Below are positions 19,622 through 27,928 of a stretch of DNA of 64,000 bases, in pieces (within the stretch, counting starts at the first letter, position 1; every line of letters begins with the position of its first letter). The DNA is taken from positions 32,001 to 96,000 of the forward strand of contig JAYZAL010000077.1 in NCBI GenBank assembly GCA_036339735.1, given 5' to 3'. A program made the translations under genes and the position numbers. The stretch is from Candidatus Poribacteria bacterium (GTDB lineage: Bacteria > Poribacteria > WGA-4E > UBA9662). The notes under the pieces were generated by a model. It made no database searches and had not been told where the DNA came from. It saw only the letters and a program-made list of their open reading frames with translations.

Positions 19622-20128
19622 TTAATTTTCTTTGATCAAATCCGTAGGAGGAATTACTGAATCCGAAGTGTCTTCATTATTTAGGATTCTTTCTATTACA
19701 CCACTACCATCAAGACCCACTGTCAGACTAATAGCATTTTCTCCTGTTTTGTTAATACAATCAATACCTCCACCATTTTCGTTTATATACATTCTTACTT
19801 TTCTTTTATCAGTTTTAGGTTTTGAGTCGAGAACAAGCAGCATTTCATTGTTTTCTCCCTGATTGCTACCTAAATATACAACTTGTTGACTTAGGTCATC
19901 ACCAAACATTGTCAGCATACTACTATTCCCACTTTCATCTAATCCAAAATATGCTTTTCTCTCATTTTCACCTTGAATTATAATTGCCTTACAAGTAATG
20001 ACCCCGAAGTTCGCATCCTCTAAACCCACTTGTGCAACAGCATTAGTAACCAAAGAGTTTAAAACTATCCCTAGAACTACCAACACAGCACCAAATGACA
20101 TATATAAAATCTTGTCTCTAAGTTTCAT
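19622..20128 (-). CDS. Hypothetical membrane-anchored protein; frame stays open past TAA to 19433
   Basis: AAGGAG RBS adjoins repeat R1 copy 3. An in-frame continuation 'GINKQKRWLAQGYGQ...IVVGMIFTVLATLFYRVIY...SRK*' ends inside R2 copy B. Confidence 0.75.
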   Translation of the reverse strand: MKLRDKILYMSFGAVLVVLGIVLNSLVTNAVAQVGLEDANFGVITCKAIIIQGENERKAYFGLDESGNSSMLTMFGDDLSQQVVYLGSNQGENNEMLLVLDSKPKTDKRKVRMYINENGGGIDCINKTGENAISLTVGLDGSGVIERILNNEDTSDSVIPPTDLIKEN

Positions 20129-20138
20129 TTCTAACTCC

Positions 20139-20172
20139 TTATTGTTTCAACATATCACCGATCGAGGGTGTA
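20139..20172 (-). repeat. Cassette-boundary repeat, type R1 copy 3
   Basis: Minus strand TACACCCTCGATCGGTGATATGTTGAAACAATAA, 29/34 identical to 20878-20911. Confidence 0.85.
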
Positions 20173-20191
20173 TTGTTTGATTCTAACTTTT

Positions 20192-20639
20192 CTACATGTA
20201 TTTACTCTGATAACTAACAACATTAGCCTTGCTGGAAGTTACTTGACCTGTATCCGCATCAAATCCGGGTAGAAAACCTGTTACTGTCTAACGTTCTTTT
20301 TTGTCTACTCGCAGTATCAGTGCACCAGTAGTTCCAATGCCCACCTTCTCACGAGAAATATCGGTAAACATTCGATTGATACCATCATAAATCGGTTCTG
20401 ATCTCCTTCTTTGACCATCTTCACCACAATAATAAATTAGAACAAAATACATTAGTCTTACTGATGTTCCTTTATAATATTCCCGACCTTCTTCTATTAA
20501 GATAATCTTACCGTTTATATATTTCTTTTCACCTTTGGAAAGCAACTTTTTGTTCAAAAGGGATAACAAACGACCCCAAATTAACTTTAAACCCAAATAA
20601 AGGAACAATTAATTGTTTTACGACTTCAAATAATCTCAT
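20192..20639 (-). pseudogene. Hypothetical cassette gene with a frameshift and an internal stop
   Basis: GGAGG-ATG at 20639 (MRLFEVVKQLIVP...FEQKVAF) shifts into ORF 20288..20608. That frame continues past TAG to a stop at 20192. Confidence 0.5.
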
Positions 20640-20655
20640 CAACCCTCCATAGACA

Positions 20656-20689
20656 TTATTGCTTCACCATATCACTAATCGATTGTTTG
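20656..20689 (-). repeat. Cassette-boundary repeat, type R1 copy 2
   Basis: Minus strand ACAATCGATTAGTGATATGGTGAAGCAAT; the 29-nt core (20658-20686) is 27/29 identical to 20880-20908. Confidence 0.88.
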
Positions 20690-20881
20690 TTGCTGAGTTG
20701 TTTCTTCTTCAGCATTGTCCCAGAATTTTCTCTTCACCACGAGAAACATTATTGAACCAATAAATGAAATAACAAATATTATCAAACAGATTCGGATAAG
20801 TCTCTTGCGTTTCTCTTTTCTGATAAAACCAAAAAACAGTAGAATCAGACAAATCAGAAGAGGAATTATCAGTTTTATCAT
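20675..20881 (-). CDS. Small two-helix membrane protein (68 aa)
   Basis: Two hydrophobic segments separated by a basic loop. ATG overlaps the recombinase stop (ATGA); the stop lies inside R1 copy 2. Confidence 0.65.
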   Translation of the reverse strand: MIKLIIPLLICLILLFFGFIRKEKRKRLIRICLIIFVISFIGSIMFLVVKRKFWDNAEEETTQQQTID

Positions 20882-20911
20882 TGTTTCACCATATCACTGA
20901 TCGATTGTGTA
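20878..20911 (-). repeat. Cassette-boundary repeat, type R1 copy 1 (equals 3' end of serine recombinase gene)
   Basis: Minus strand TACACAATCGATCAGTGATATGGTGAAACAATGA, encoding TQSISDMVKQ*. Confidence 0.88.
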
Positions 20912-21350
20912 CTATATGGGTTGCCACGTTCGTTGAGGTAACCCATATCTGATAAATGTTTGGAGGTCTGACGCAAACTCATCCGTCTTTTGGTTTTCCA
21001 GTTCCGTTTTCGTAACCTCTTGACCACAACCTCACTAATTCTGGTTGCAGTTCCTTGTTCAATTTCCGACCTTCGCATTTACCCTCATCTTTCAGGGTAA
21101 CATGGTTGCGTGTTGATTCTGTTTCTTCTTTCTTTCCCTACTTGACCGACAAGTTAAAAACAATTTCTTCTCTCTGGTATTCTGAAATGGCAGACAGGAT
21201 TTGCCGGTTCCGTTAAGAGGTCTGATTATCTTCAAACCTACCATCAGTTACTGAAATCAGAGTAAAACCATCTTGTTTTAACCTTCGATATCCAAGTTCT
21301 AACTCAAATGAATTAGGACTTAACCGAGAAATGCTTTCAAAACGCAGTAT
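20878..21350 (-). pseudogene. Serine recombinase/resolvase pseudogene, 5'-truncated
   Basis: Fragments 'ESISRLS..ELELGYRRLKQDGFTLISV...TS*RNRQILSAISEYQREEIV', 'VTLKDEGKCEGRKLNKELQPELV', 'VKRLR...SLRQTSKHLSDMGYLNERGNPY'. Stops at 21213 and 21138, plus frameshifts. Confidence 0.82.
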
Positions 21351-21372
21351 AAGCCCAATATACAATTGAGTT

Positions 21373-21426
21373 ATTACGTAGATTACGTAGTGTTTTTAAA
21401 TTGCACATGTAGAAAATATGTAGAAA
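21373..21426. repeat. Two pairs of 9-bp direct repeats at the island right end
   Basis: ATTACGTAG x2 (21373-21390) and ATGTAGAAA x2 (21407-21415, 21418-21426). Confidence 0.7.
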
Positions 21427-21681
21427 GTAGAGAAGAGATGATTTTGAATGAAGTTTAAGACACTATTGCAGACACGGTAAGAATAAGTTAGTATTAGCAT
21501 ACCGATGTAAAAAACCAGACAGTTACTGGAAAAAATACATCAAAAAAGGTTCGGTGTAAAGTCGTATTCTTCTAGAAAAAACTCTTGCTCAACTAACGAG
21601 ACTTGGGTAGAGTCTGATTTGGTTGGATGAGTTGAGAACTACACTAATAATTAATTATCAATTCGATATGAGGGTAGACGA

Positions 21682-21912
21682 ATGAATCTAAGGATCGAAT
21701 ACTGTACAGCTTGAAATTATTTGCCACGCGCCGTCAGTTTGGCGGACAAATTACTTGGCCATTATAAAACACAAATAGCTTCTCTTACACTGGTTCCTGG
21801 GGGTGGTGGTTGCTTTGAGGTTTCACGTGATAGTGAAATTTTATACTCGAAACTTTCTACCAAGGAATTCCCCAGCCTGACTCAAATTACCGACGCTCTT
21901 GGTAGTTCTTAG
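21682..21912 (+). CDS. SelW/SelT/SelH (Rdx family) selenoprotein with CxxU motif
   Basis: GAGGG RBS, ATG at 21682, MNLRIEYCTA-TGA(21712)-NYLPRAVSLA...LVPGGGGCFEV...SKLSTKEFP. The ORF track shows only the part after TGA. Confidence 0.92.
21720..21750 (+). promoter_or_regulatory. Candidate bacterial SECIS hairpin
   Basis: CCGTCA-GTT-TGGCGG stem-loop, with G as first loop base 22 nt after the UGA. Lower stem TTTG/CAAA. Confidence 0.65.
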
Positions 21913-21930
21913 TTTGTCTTTTGACAAACT
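21911..21930. terminator. Hairpin between convergent genes (candidate bidirectional terminator)
   Basis: AGTTTGTC-TTTT-GACAAACT. Confidence 0.5.
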
Positions 21931-21932
21931 TC

Positions 21933-23105
21933 CTATTCGAATGCGGCAGGTTCAACTACCTGTCGCATATCCCAGATTAGGATCTGTCCATTGGTTGTTC
22001 CAGTCGCCAAATAAAACAAATCATCTTGCTGACTAAATCTGAGAGAAAATGAACAGTAGAGGTCGAACAAGCCTAATTTTCGTGTAGATCCAAATCGTCG
22101 AAACGTTTTTTCTTCCATCGACCAGACGTAAATCTTGTCTGAAGTCTGACACAAGAAAAAAGCTTTGTTCGGGCCAAAAGACAGATTCCCACCTCGGCTA
22201 GAAACTTGGTTTTTAATTGGTGATACTTTTGATAAATCCCAACTTAATATGGATTGCTCTGCTCCAGAAGCGATCAGATAATTATCCGCTAATGATATTG
22301 AACCAATCTTCTCTTGGCCAGCCAATAACGTTTTCTCTAATTGTCCATTAGCTAAGCTCCAAAATCGGACAGTACCATCCCAAGAACCAGAGACCAACTG
22401 CTCTCCATTTTGAAAAAAATCTAGTGCGGTTACATTATCGGTATGCCCTCGAAAAGTATAGACTAATTTTCCCGTAATAATGTTCCAAAGAAAGATATTT
22501 CCATTTAGGGTAGCAATAGCTAGTAAAATAGGTTGATTAGGACAGAAAGCGAGAGTGGTTACCCACTCTCCCCGAGGTGAAGTTGTAAAAAAATCATCTT
22601 CATCATCCTCAAAATCTGTCTCTTTGTCGTCCGTCGATGGTTCAAAAGCAACTAAAGTACGTTCTATAATCCCGCTCTGTGGGTCTAAAATTTGAACTTG
22701 GCCATTGTAAGTACCATAAGCTACAGCTGCAGAATCAGGGCTCGCTACGACGGCAGTTATTAAATCTTCATTATTATCTTGAGTTGACCAACTAACTGTC
22801 CATTCCGAATTATTTATGGAGCCAGGTGGTAGAGGGTTATCTATATCATTTTGGCTAACATTTCCTTCTTCCCAAAGACTAATTTGGTACCCCGTTGCAA
22901 TTAACAAATAAGCGCAGTCGTGTGAAAATGCTAAATCCGTTATCGGTGTACCGCTCGGAATATTCAAAATTTGTACGGGATCAGATGGAAGTTGGGGGAA
23001 ATTAGTTTCAGCAACCACTCTCGTGGGTAAATAGCTGATAGCAAGATAAACCATTACATAATAGAATAAATTCAACAGCTGAAGACACTTAGTTTTTTCC
23101 GTCAT
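21933..23105 (-). CDS. WD40-repeat protein
   Basis: 'FRGHTDNVTALDF...LVSGSWDGTVRFW', 'LATGTTNGQILIWD'. Hydrophobic N-terminus; overlaps lpxI. Confidence 0.88.
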   Translation of the reverse strand: MTEKTKCLQLLNLFYYVMVYLAISYLPTRVVAETNFPQLPSDPVQILNIPSGTPITDLAFSHDCAYLLIATGYQISLWEEGNVSQNDIDNPLPPGSINNSEWTVSWSTQDNNEDLITAVVASPDSAAVAYGTYNGQVQILDPQSGIIERTLVAFEPSTDDKETDFEDDEDDFFTTSPRGEWVTTLAFCPNQPILLAIATLNGNIFLWNIITGKLVYTFRGHTDNVTALDFFQNGEQLVSGSWDGTVRFWSLANGQLEKTLLAGQEKIGSISLADNYLIASGAEQSILSWDLSKVSPIKNQVSSRGGNLSFGPNKAFFLCQTSDKIYVWSMEEKTFRRFGSTRKLGLFDLYCSFSLRFSQQDDLFYLATGTTNGQILIWDMRQVVEPAAFE

Positions 23106-23967
23106 TGACTTTTTTTGATGTCTGTTCGGCTACAATAATTCGGATACGATATTCGTTAGCCAATTGAACCAGTTCTGATGGTCGAATTAGCAAGACGCGT
23201 TTGGCTTCAACAGCCAACACCTTTGCTCCTGATGTTTTCATGATTTCTAATGTTTGTCGTCCAATAGTTGGAGTATCTATCCGAAAATCGTGGTTTGTGG
23301 CCGCAGTTTTGATTACTGTGAATCCCTTACCTGCTAAATTACCAGCCCGAATAATAGCAGAGTCTGTTCCTTCGATTGCTTCAACAGCTAATACCATCCT
23401 ATTTTTTATTACTACTGTTTGACCGATATCTAAATCAGCTATTGACCGAGCAAGGGACAAACCATAGGTAATATCTAACCATTCTAATTGAGTCGGTTGT
23501 CTTTTTGTCAAAACACCAGCTGTTGGCAAAAAATCATCTAGATATTGTATTTGAGGTAGTACTCGAATACCTTCTGCTTCAAAATGATTGAGAACACTAG
23601 CCAAAATTGCTTGATCTCCACCGTGCCGGCTGCGAGCGAGAATTTTCAAAGCTGTCGTATCAAAGTGTAGTGGTTTCAATAATCTTTTTTTTTCTACTTT
23701 GCCGATAATTGAAATTTCTTTTACATTTCGCTTTTGAAATGTTTTTGTGACTTTTTCGACTTGACCTACTCCAAGAGGGAAAACAGAGATTGTTGTAGGC
23801 AACCTCTGTTGTGCTAAGCGCGCTGAAGATTTAGTGATGGGAATGAACACAACGGGTCGTTCTGGAAAGTGTTTGAGTACTGATTCAACCAATAAAAAAG
23901 GGAGTTCACCATCCCCAGCAACAATACCGAAAGGACTATTCGTTGGTTGATGGCATTGAGTGGCCAT
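23089..23967 (-). CDS. lpxI: UDP-2,3-diacylglucosamine diphosphatase LpxI
   Basis: GIVAGDGELP, DIGQTVV, AVEAIEGTD, DFRIDTPTIG. Downstream of lpxA. Confidence 0.9.
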   Translation of the reverse strand: MATQCHQPTNSPFGIVAGDGELPFLLVESVLKHFPERPVVFIPITKSSARLAQQRLPTTISVFPLGVGQVEKVTKTFQKRNVKEISIIGKVEKKRLLKPLHFDTTALKILARSRHGGDQAILASVLNHFEAEGIRVLPQIQYLDDFLPTAGVLTKRQPTQLEWLDITYGLSLARSIADLDIGQTVVIKNRMVLAVEAIEGTDSAIIRAGNLAGKGFTVIKTAATNHDFRIDTPTIGRQTLEIMKTSGAKVLAVEAKRVLLIRPSELVQLANEYRIRIIVAEQTSKKVNDGKN

Positions 23968-24043
23968 GGCAGCTAACTGTCCAGAATCAACCCGATTTCT
24001 TACACAAAACTTTCACTGTTCTGACAAACAATTAAAAACAAAA

Positions 24044-24835
24044 TTAAAGTGCAATACCCCTATCAGATGACTGAAGGAAATTTAGGAGATAGTTAACTTC
24101 ATCATTGGGGGGACAGTCTTCTTTAACTTTTTCTATGGCCTGTGATAGCGAATTTTGAGATCGGAACAATATAGAAAAAACTTTTTTTAGTAAGCTAATA
24201 GTGTCGGGAGATATCTCGGCCATCGGATGATTGCTGGCTGTCTGCCGGCCTATCAAATTCAACCCTCGTATACGAGCCGGATGTCCATCCGCGACAGTAA
24301 ATGGAGGTATGTCTTTAACGAATTTGGAGCAAGCACCAGCCATAGCACACTTACCAATTCGTACGAAAGGGTGAATTGCCGCATGTGCTCCCAACCGAAC
24401 CTGATCCTCTACTACAACATGTCCTCCCAAAGTAGCAAAATTAGCCATGATAGTTCGATTTCCAACCGATGCATCATGGGCAATGTTGACCCAGTTCATC
24501 AATAAATTATCGTCCCCAATAACTGTAGCCGAATTTTCACTGGTAGCGCGTGAAACCGATACATACTCACGCAATATATTACGATTACCGATCAAGGTAT
24601 AACTACGTTCATTTTGAGATTTCAGGTCTTTAGAGGGATTACCCAGCGTACAACCAAAAAAAATTTGACACCCTTCACCAATATGGGTGTATTGGCATAC
24701 CTGAACGTGTGGCCCAATGATCGTCTCGCGACCAACCTGGACATCCGATTCTATAATAGAAAACGGTCCAACCTCAACACAATTATCGAGCTCAGCTTTT
24801 GGAGAAACAATAGCGGTCGGGTGAATTTTTGTCAT
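24044..24835 (-). CDS. lpxA: UDP-N-acetylglucosamine O-acyltransferase
   Basis: IHPTAIV, hexapeptide repeats, IAHD, KDIPPF. Confidence 0.93.
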   Translation of the reverse strand: MTKIHPTAIVSPKAELDNCVEVGPFSIIESDVQVGRETIIGPHVQVCQYTHIGEGCQIFFGCTLGNPSKDLKSQNERSYTLIGNRNILREYVSVSRATSENSATVIGDDNLLMNWVNIAHDASVGNRTIMANFATLGGHVVVEDQVRLGAHAAIHPFVRIGKCAMAGACSKFVKDIPPFTVADGHPARIRGLNLIGRQTASNHPMAEISPDTISLLKKVFSILFRSQNSLSQAIEKVKEDCPPNDEVNYLLNFLQSSDRGIAL

Positions 24836-24893
24836 TACCTACTCTTAGTCGTAAGTTAAGTCTTTTTTCTTCAGGTGATATCCACTTAATTTT

Positions 24894-26159
24894 TTATTCG
24901 GGTGGTGAACCAATCATAATTGACAAGATACCTTCACTAGCGATAGAGTCCCCTACGTAGGCTTTACCTGCGAGTTTCACAAAGTTCCGGCGTTTGCGAA
25001 CAACTTCTACTTCTAGTCTCAACTGATCACCAGGAAGAACCGGGCGGCGAAATTTTGCCTCATCAATGGAAGCGAAGAACCCAATCTGGTTTTCGGTGTT
25101 TGTCTCTTGTAAGACTAGCCAAGCACCTAGTTGAGCTAATGCCTCCATCTGTAATACTCCAGGCATAACTGGTTCTTGTGGGAAATGTCCTTGGAAAAAC
25201 TGTTCATTATAAGAGAGATTCTTAATACCAGTCGCCGATTTACCTGTCTGGAAGCTTACAACTCTATCTACCATACACATTGGGAATCGGTGTGGTAGTT
25301 GTTGATAAATTTCCTTGGCTTCCACAGGTTTCTGTTTGTTAATCAAGCCTTGGTCATCCAATAACTTGACCAATTCAGCATGTAACTGATGGCCTGATTT
25401 AACGGCTATAACATGAGCCAGTAATGGTTGACCGATCACCGATAAATCGCCGATCAAATCTAAAATCTTATGCCGGGCAAACTCATCAGAAAAACGTAAA
25501 TCACACTTTGGTACACCATCCTCTTTGACTACAACTACATTACTCTCGCTTGCCCCTTTGCCAATACCCAGCTGCAATAACGCCTCGATTTCGCTGGACA
25601 AACAAAAGCTTCTGGCTGGTGCAAGCTGTTCCAAATAAAGTTCTGGTGTGATATCAAATGTCGCAATTTGGGTCTGGATCTTTGGATGATCGTAGACAAA
25701 TGTGACACGGAAGTTATCGGCAGGCAGTAACATCAACTGCTTGTCCCCTTGGTCAATAGCAAGCGGAGAATTAATCTTAACAACCGATCGGGGTATATCT
25801 TGTTTCAACACTCCAACTTGGGCGATCTGAATCGCATACGCTGAAGCACTACCATCCAGTGCGGGTGGCTCTGGAGCATCAAGTTGCAATAGCGCATTAT
25901 CAATATGCATACCAGCTAGAGCAGACAAGATATGCTCTACACTATTAACAGTAATAGATCCATCACCAATACTCGTACAACGTGGTAGGTCGTCCACCGC
26001 GTTTTCAGCGCAAACGGCGACGGACTGGTTGCCTAAGTCGATTCTTTGAAAGACTATTCCGTGGTTGACTGGTGCTGGACATATTTTGAGATTGACGGCC
26101 AAACCTCGCATGAGGCCTTTACCACTAATGGTTATTTCATCTTTAATTGTCTGTTGCAA
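24894..26159 (-). CDS. lpxC: Bifunctional LpxC deacetylase / FabZ dehydratase
   Basis: VEHILSAL and RHKILDLIGD (LpxC); LPHRFP and FFQGHFP..PVMPGVL (FabZ). Confidence 0.95.
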   Translation of the reverse strand: MQQTIKDEITISGKGLMRGLAVNLKICPAPVNHGIVFQRIDLGNQSVAVCAENAVDDLPRCTSIGDGSITVNSVEHILSALAGMHIDNALLQLDAPEPPALDGSASAYAIQIAQVGVLKQDIPRSVVKINSPLAIDQGDKQLMLLPADNFRVTFVYDHPKIQTQIATFDITPELYLEQLAPARSFCLSSEIEALLQLGIGKGASESNVVVVKEDGVPKCDLRFSDEFARHKILDLIGDLSVIGQPLLAHVIAVKSGHQLHAELVKLLDDQGLINKQKPVEAKEIYQQLPHRFPMCMVDRVVSFQTGKSATGIKNLSYNEQFFQGHFPQEPVMPGVLQMEALAQLGAWLVLQETNTENQIGFFASIDEAKFRRPVLPGDQLRLEVEVVRKRRNFVKLAGKAYVGDSIASEGILSIMIGSPPE

Positions 26160-26233
26160 ACTACGCTCCGTTGTGATTTTATTTGTCCAATCGTCGATTT
26201 TGCTGTGTACTAAGGTATTCTCGCCAATGCTAG

Positions 26234-27301
26234 TTATCGGACCATTCTTCGGTAGCGACGGACCATTCGTTGATGTTGAGCTAAAGTCTGAGAAAAATTA
26301 TGGCTACCATCACCTGCTGCAACAAAATAAAAAAAGTCCGTCTGTACTGGCTGAAGTGCAGCCATGATTGATGCGTGGCCAGGATTACAGATGGGTCCCA
26401 AAGGCAAGCCTTTTTTAAGATAGGTATTGTATGGAGTGTCAGTACGAAGATCCAACCGAGTTAGTGAGCGAGATGGGTTGCCCAAACCGTATAGGACAGT
26501 CGGGTCAGCATCTAATTTCCACCCCTTCCTTAATCGGTTATGATACACACTAGAAATAATCTCCCGCTCTTTATCAACCTGAGCTTCTTTTTCGATAATC
26601 GAGGCCAATGTTATGATTTCTGCTGGAGACATTCCCAAATTTTCTGCCTTTTTTGTCATTTCTGGAGACCATCGTTCAACAAAGTATTCTAACATGGTTT
26701 CGATTATCGTGGCTGCTGAACTACCATCGGCTAGCCAATAGGTTTCGGGAAACAGGTAACCTTCTAATGAGTCTCCGGATAAATCGTAAGCTCGTCTCCA
26801 GTGAATACGGTTGGCTTCGCTCAAAAAATCATCAGCAGAACCAAACTCTGATCTTTCCCATAACTGGGCAATCTGTTTAACTGTCAAGCCTTCTGGTATT
26901 ACTAACTGGCGCAATACTACCTGACCCTTTTCCAGTTGATCGATAATTTCTCCCAATGTCATCGATGGATCAAACTCGTATCGACCAGCTTTTAGTTGGG
27001 TGCCGGTACCTCGCCAATGAACATAGAATTTGAATAGAATTGAACTACGAATGACACCCGAATCTAACAGTTTTTGGCAAATAATCTGAGATGTAGAACC
27101 TTTTGGTATCTCGACAAGTGCAGGCTGATATCCTTTCTGAACGGGAAGCACATTGTAAATATAAAAAGCAATAATGACCAGTAGCATCAGACAAAATAAT
27201 GTGCCTGCAACCCGCCGGTTATGGCTCACAATCCTGCGCCAATTCAATTGGTCAGATCCAAGCCAATTTTTAATCAACTGGTTAAACTTAGTTGGCTCCA
27301 T
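26234..27301 (-). CDS. mltG: Endolytic transglycosylase MltG
   Basis: LEGYLFPETY, ASIIEKE, PYNTY..GLPLGPICNPG. Confidence 0.95.
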   Translation of the reverse strand: MEPTKFNQLIKNWLGSDQLNWRRIVSHNRRVAGTLFCLMLLVIIAFYIYNVLPVQKGYQPALVEIPKGSTSQIICQKLLDSGVIRSSILFKFYVHWRGTGTQLKAGRYEFDPSMTLGEIIDQLEKGQVVLRQLVIPEGLTVKQIAQLWERSEFGSADDFLSEANRIHWRRAYDLSGDSLEGYLFPETYWLADGSSAATIIETMLEYFVERWSPEMTKKAENLGMSPAEIITLASIIEKEAQVDKEREIISSVYHNRLRKGWKLDADPTVLYGLGNPSRSLTRLDLRTDTPYNTYLKKGLPLGPICNPGHASIMAALQPVQTDFFYFVAAGDGSHNFSQTLAQHQRMVRRYRRMVR

Positions 27302-27749
27302 TCATCTGTAAATGTTGTAGGTAGTCTTCCAAAATTAGTGCAGCAGCTATTTGATCGACTTTCTGCTTCTTTCTTTTACGCCGGGTTTTATTAGTTATCA
27401 TTATTTCTTGAGCCTGAATTGTTGTACGACGTTCGTCCCAAAACACGATTTCGGCTTGTGCTTCCACGGCTAGTATACTTGAAAAGTCTTTGATTTTTTG
27501 GGCTTGAATGCTTATTTGATCATCCCATGTTAAGGGTAAACCCACCACAATTTGGATTGGCTTATATTCGTCGATTAGTTCCATAATGGCTGATATATCA
27601 GCTGGAGTTGTTCGACGTTGGATGGTACACAATGGGGTCGCCATAATCTGATTTTGGCTGATTGCTGTGCCTATACGGACGTCTCCAATATCTAGCGCAA
27701 GCAATGATCGCTGCTCCTCTGATTGATTGCTAATAGTTTGACTTTCCAT
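27288..27749 (-). CDS. ruvX: Holliday junction resolvase-like / pre-16S rRNA nuclease RuvX (YqgF)
   Basis: LALDIGDVRIG, VVGLP, WDERRTT, DQIAAALIL. Start re-assigned to ATG 27749. Confidence 0.9.
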   Translation of the reverse strand: MESQTISNQSEEQRSLLALDIGDVRIGTAISQNQIMATPLCTIQRRTTPADISAIMELIDEYKPIQIVVGLPLTWDDQISIQAQKIKDFSSILAVEAQAEIVFWDERRTTIQAQEIMITNKTRRKRKKQKVDQIAAALILEDYLQHLQMNGAN

Positions 27750-27838
27750 ATCAGTTAGCTTCCCTTCCATCGGGATCATAACACCGGCAGCCAGTGGTGT
27801 CAAGTTCCCAGCAAGAACCAATGAATCGCAAAAGCCGT

Positions 27839-27866
27839 TTGTCAATATTACCGACTGTGATATAAT
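27839..27866 (+). promoter_or_regulatory. Sigma-70-type promoter upstream of 27929
   Basis: TTGTCA-N16-TATAAT with extended -10 TG. Confidence 0.6.
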
Positions 27867-27928
27867 TAAAAAACTAATAGTTAGGCGAAAATTGAATCTA
27901 GAAGTATCTGGTTGAGCAGAGGGTAGTC

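Larger units (their letters stand above)
12500..21450. mobile_element. Decaying genomic island (tyrosine integrase relic at left, serine recombinase relic at right)
   Basis: Two broken recombinase genes at the ends, several pseudogenes, short hypothetical cargo genes, att-like motifs at both boundaries. Boundaries are approximate. Confidence 0.75.

Noticed and set aside
20139-20911. R1 repeats as a CRISPR array
   Set aside because: Spacers are about 190 and 480 nt and contain genes, the repeat is part of a coding sequence, and there are no cas genes.
21573-21586. TAGAAAAAACTCTT resembling TAGAAAATGACTCTT at 12492-12506 as attL/attR
   Set aside because: Short, AT-rich and needs an indel. It cannot be told from chance without an empty-site comparison.
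21721-21912. ORF-track start at TTG 21721
   Set aside because: An artefact of treating the UGA at 21712 as a stop; the RBS-supported start is 21682.
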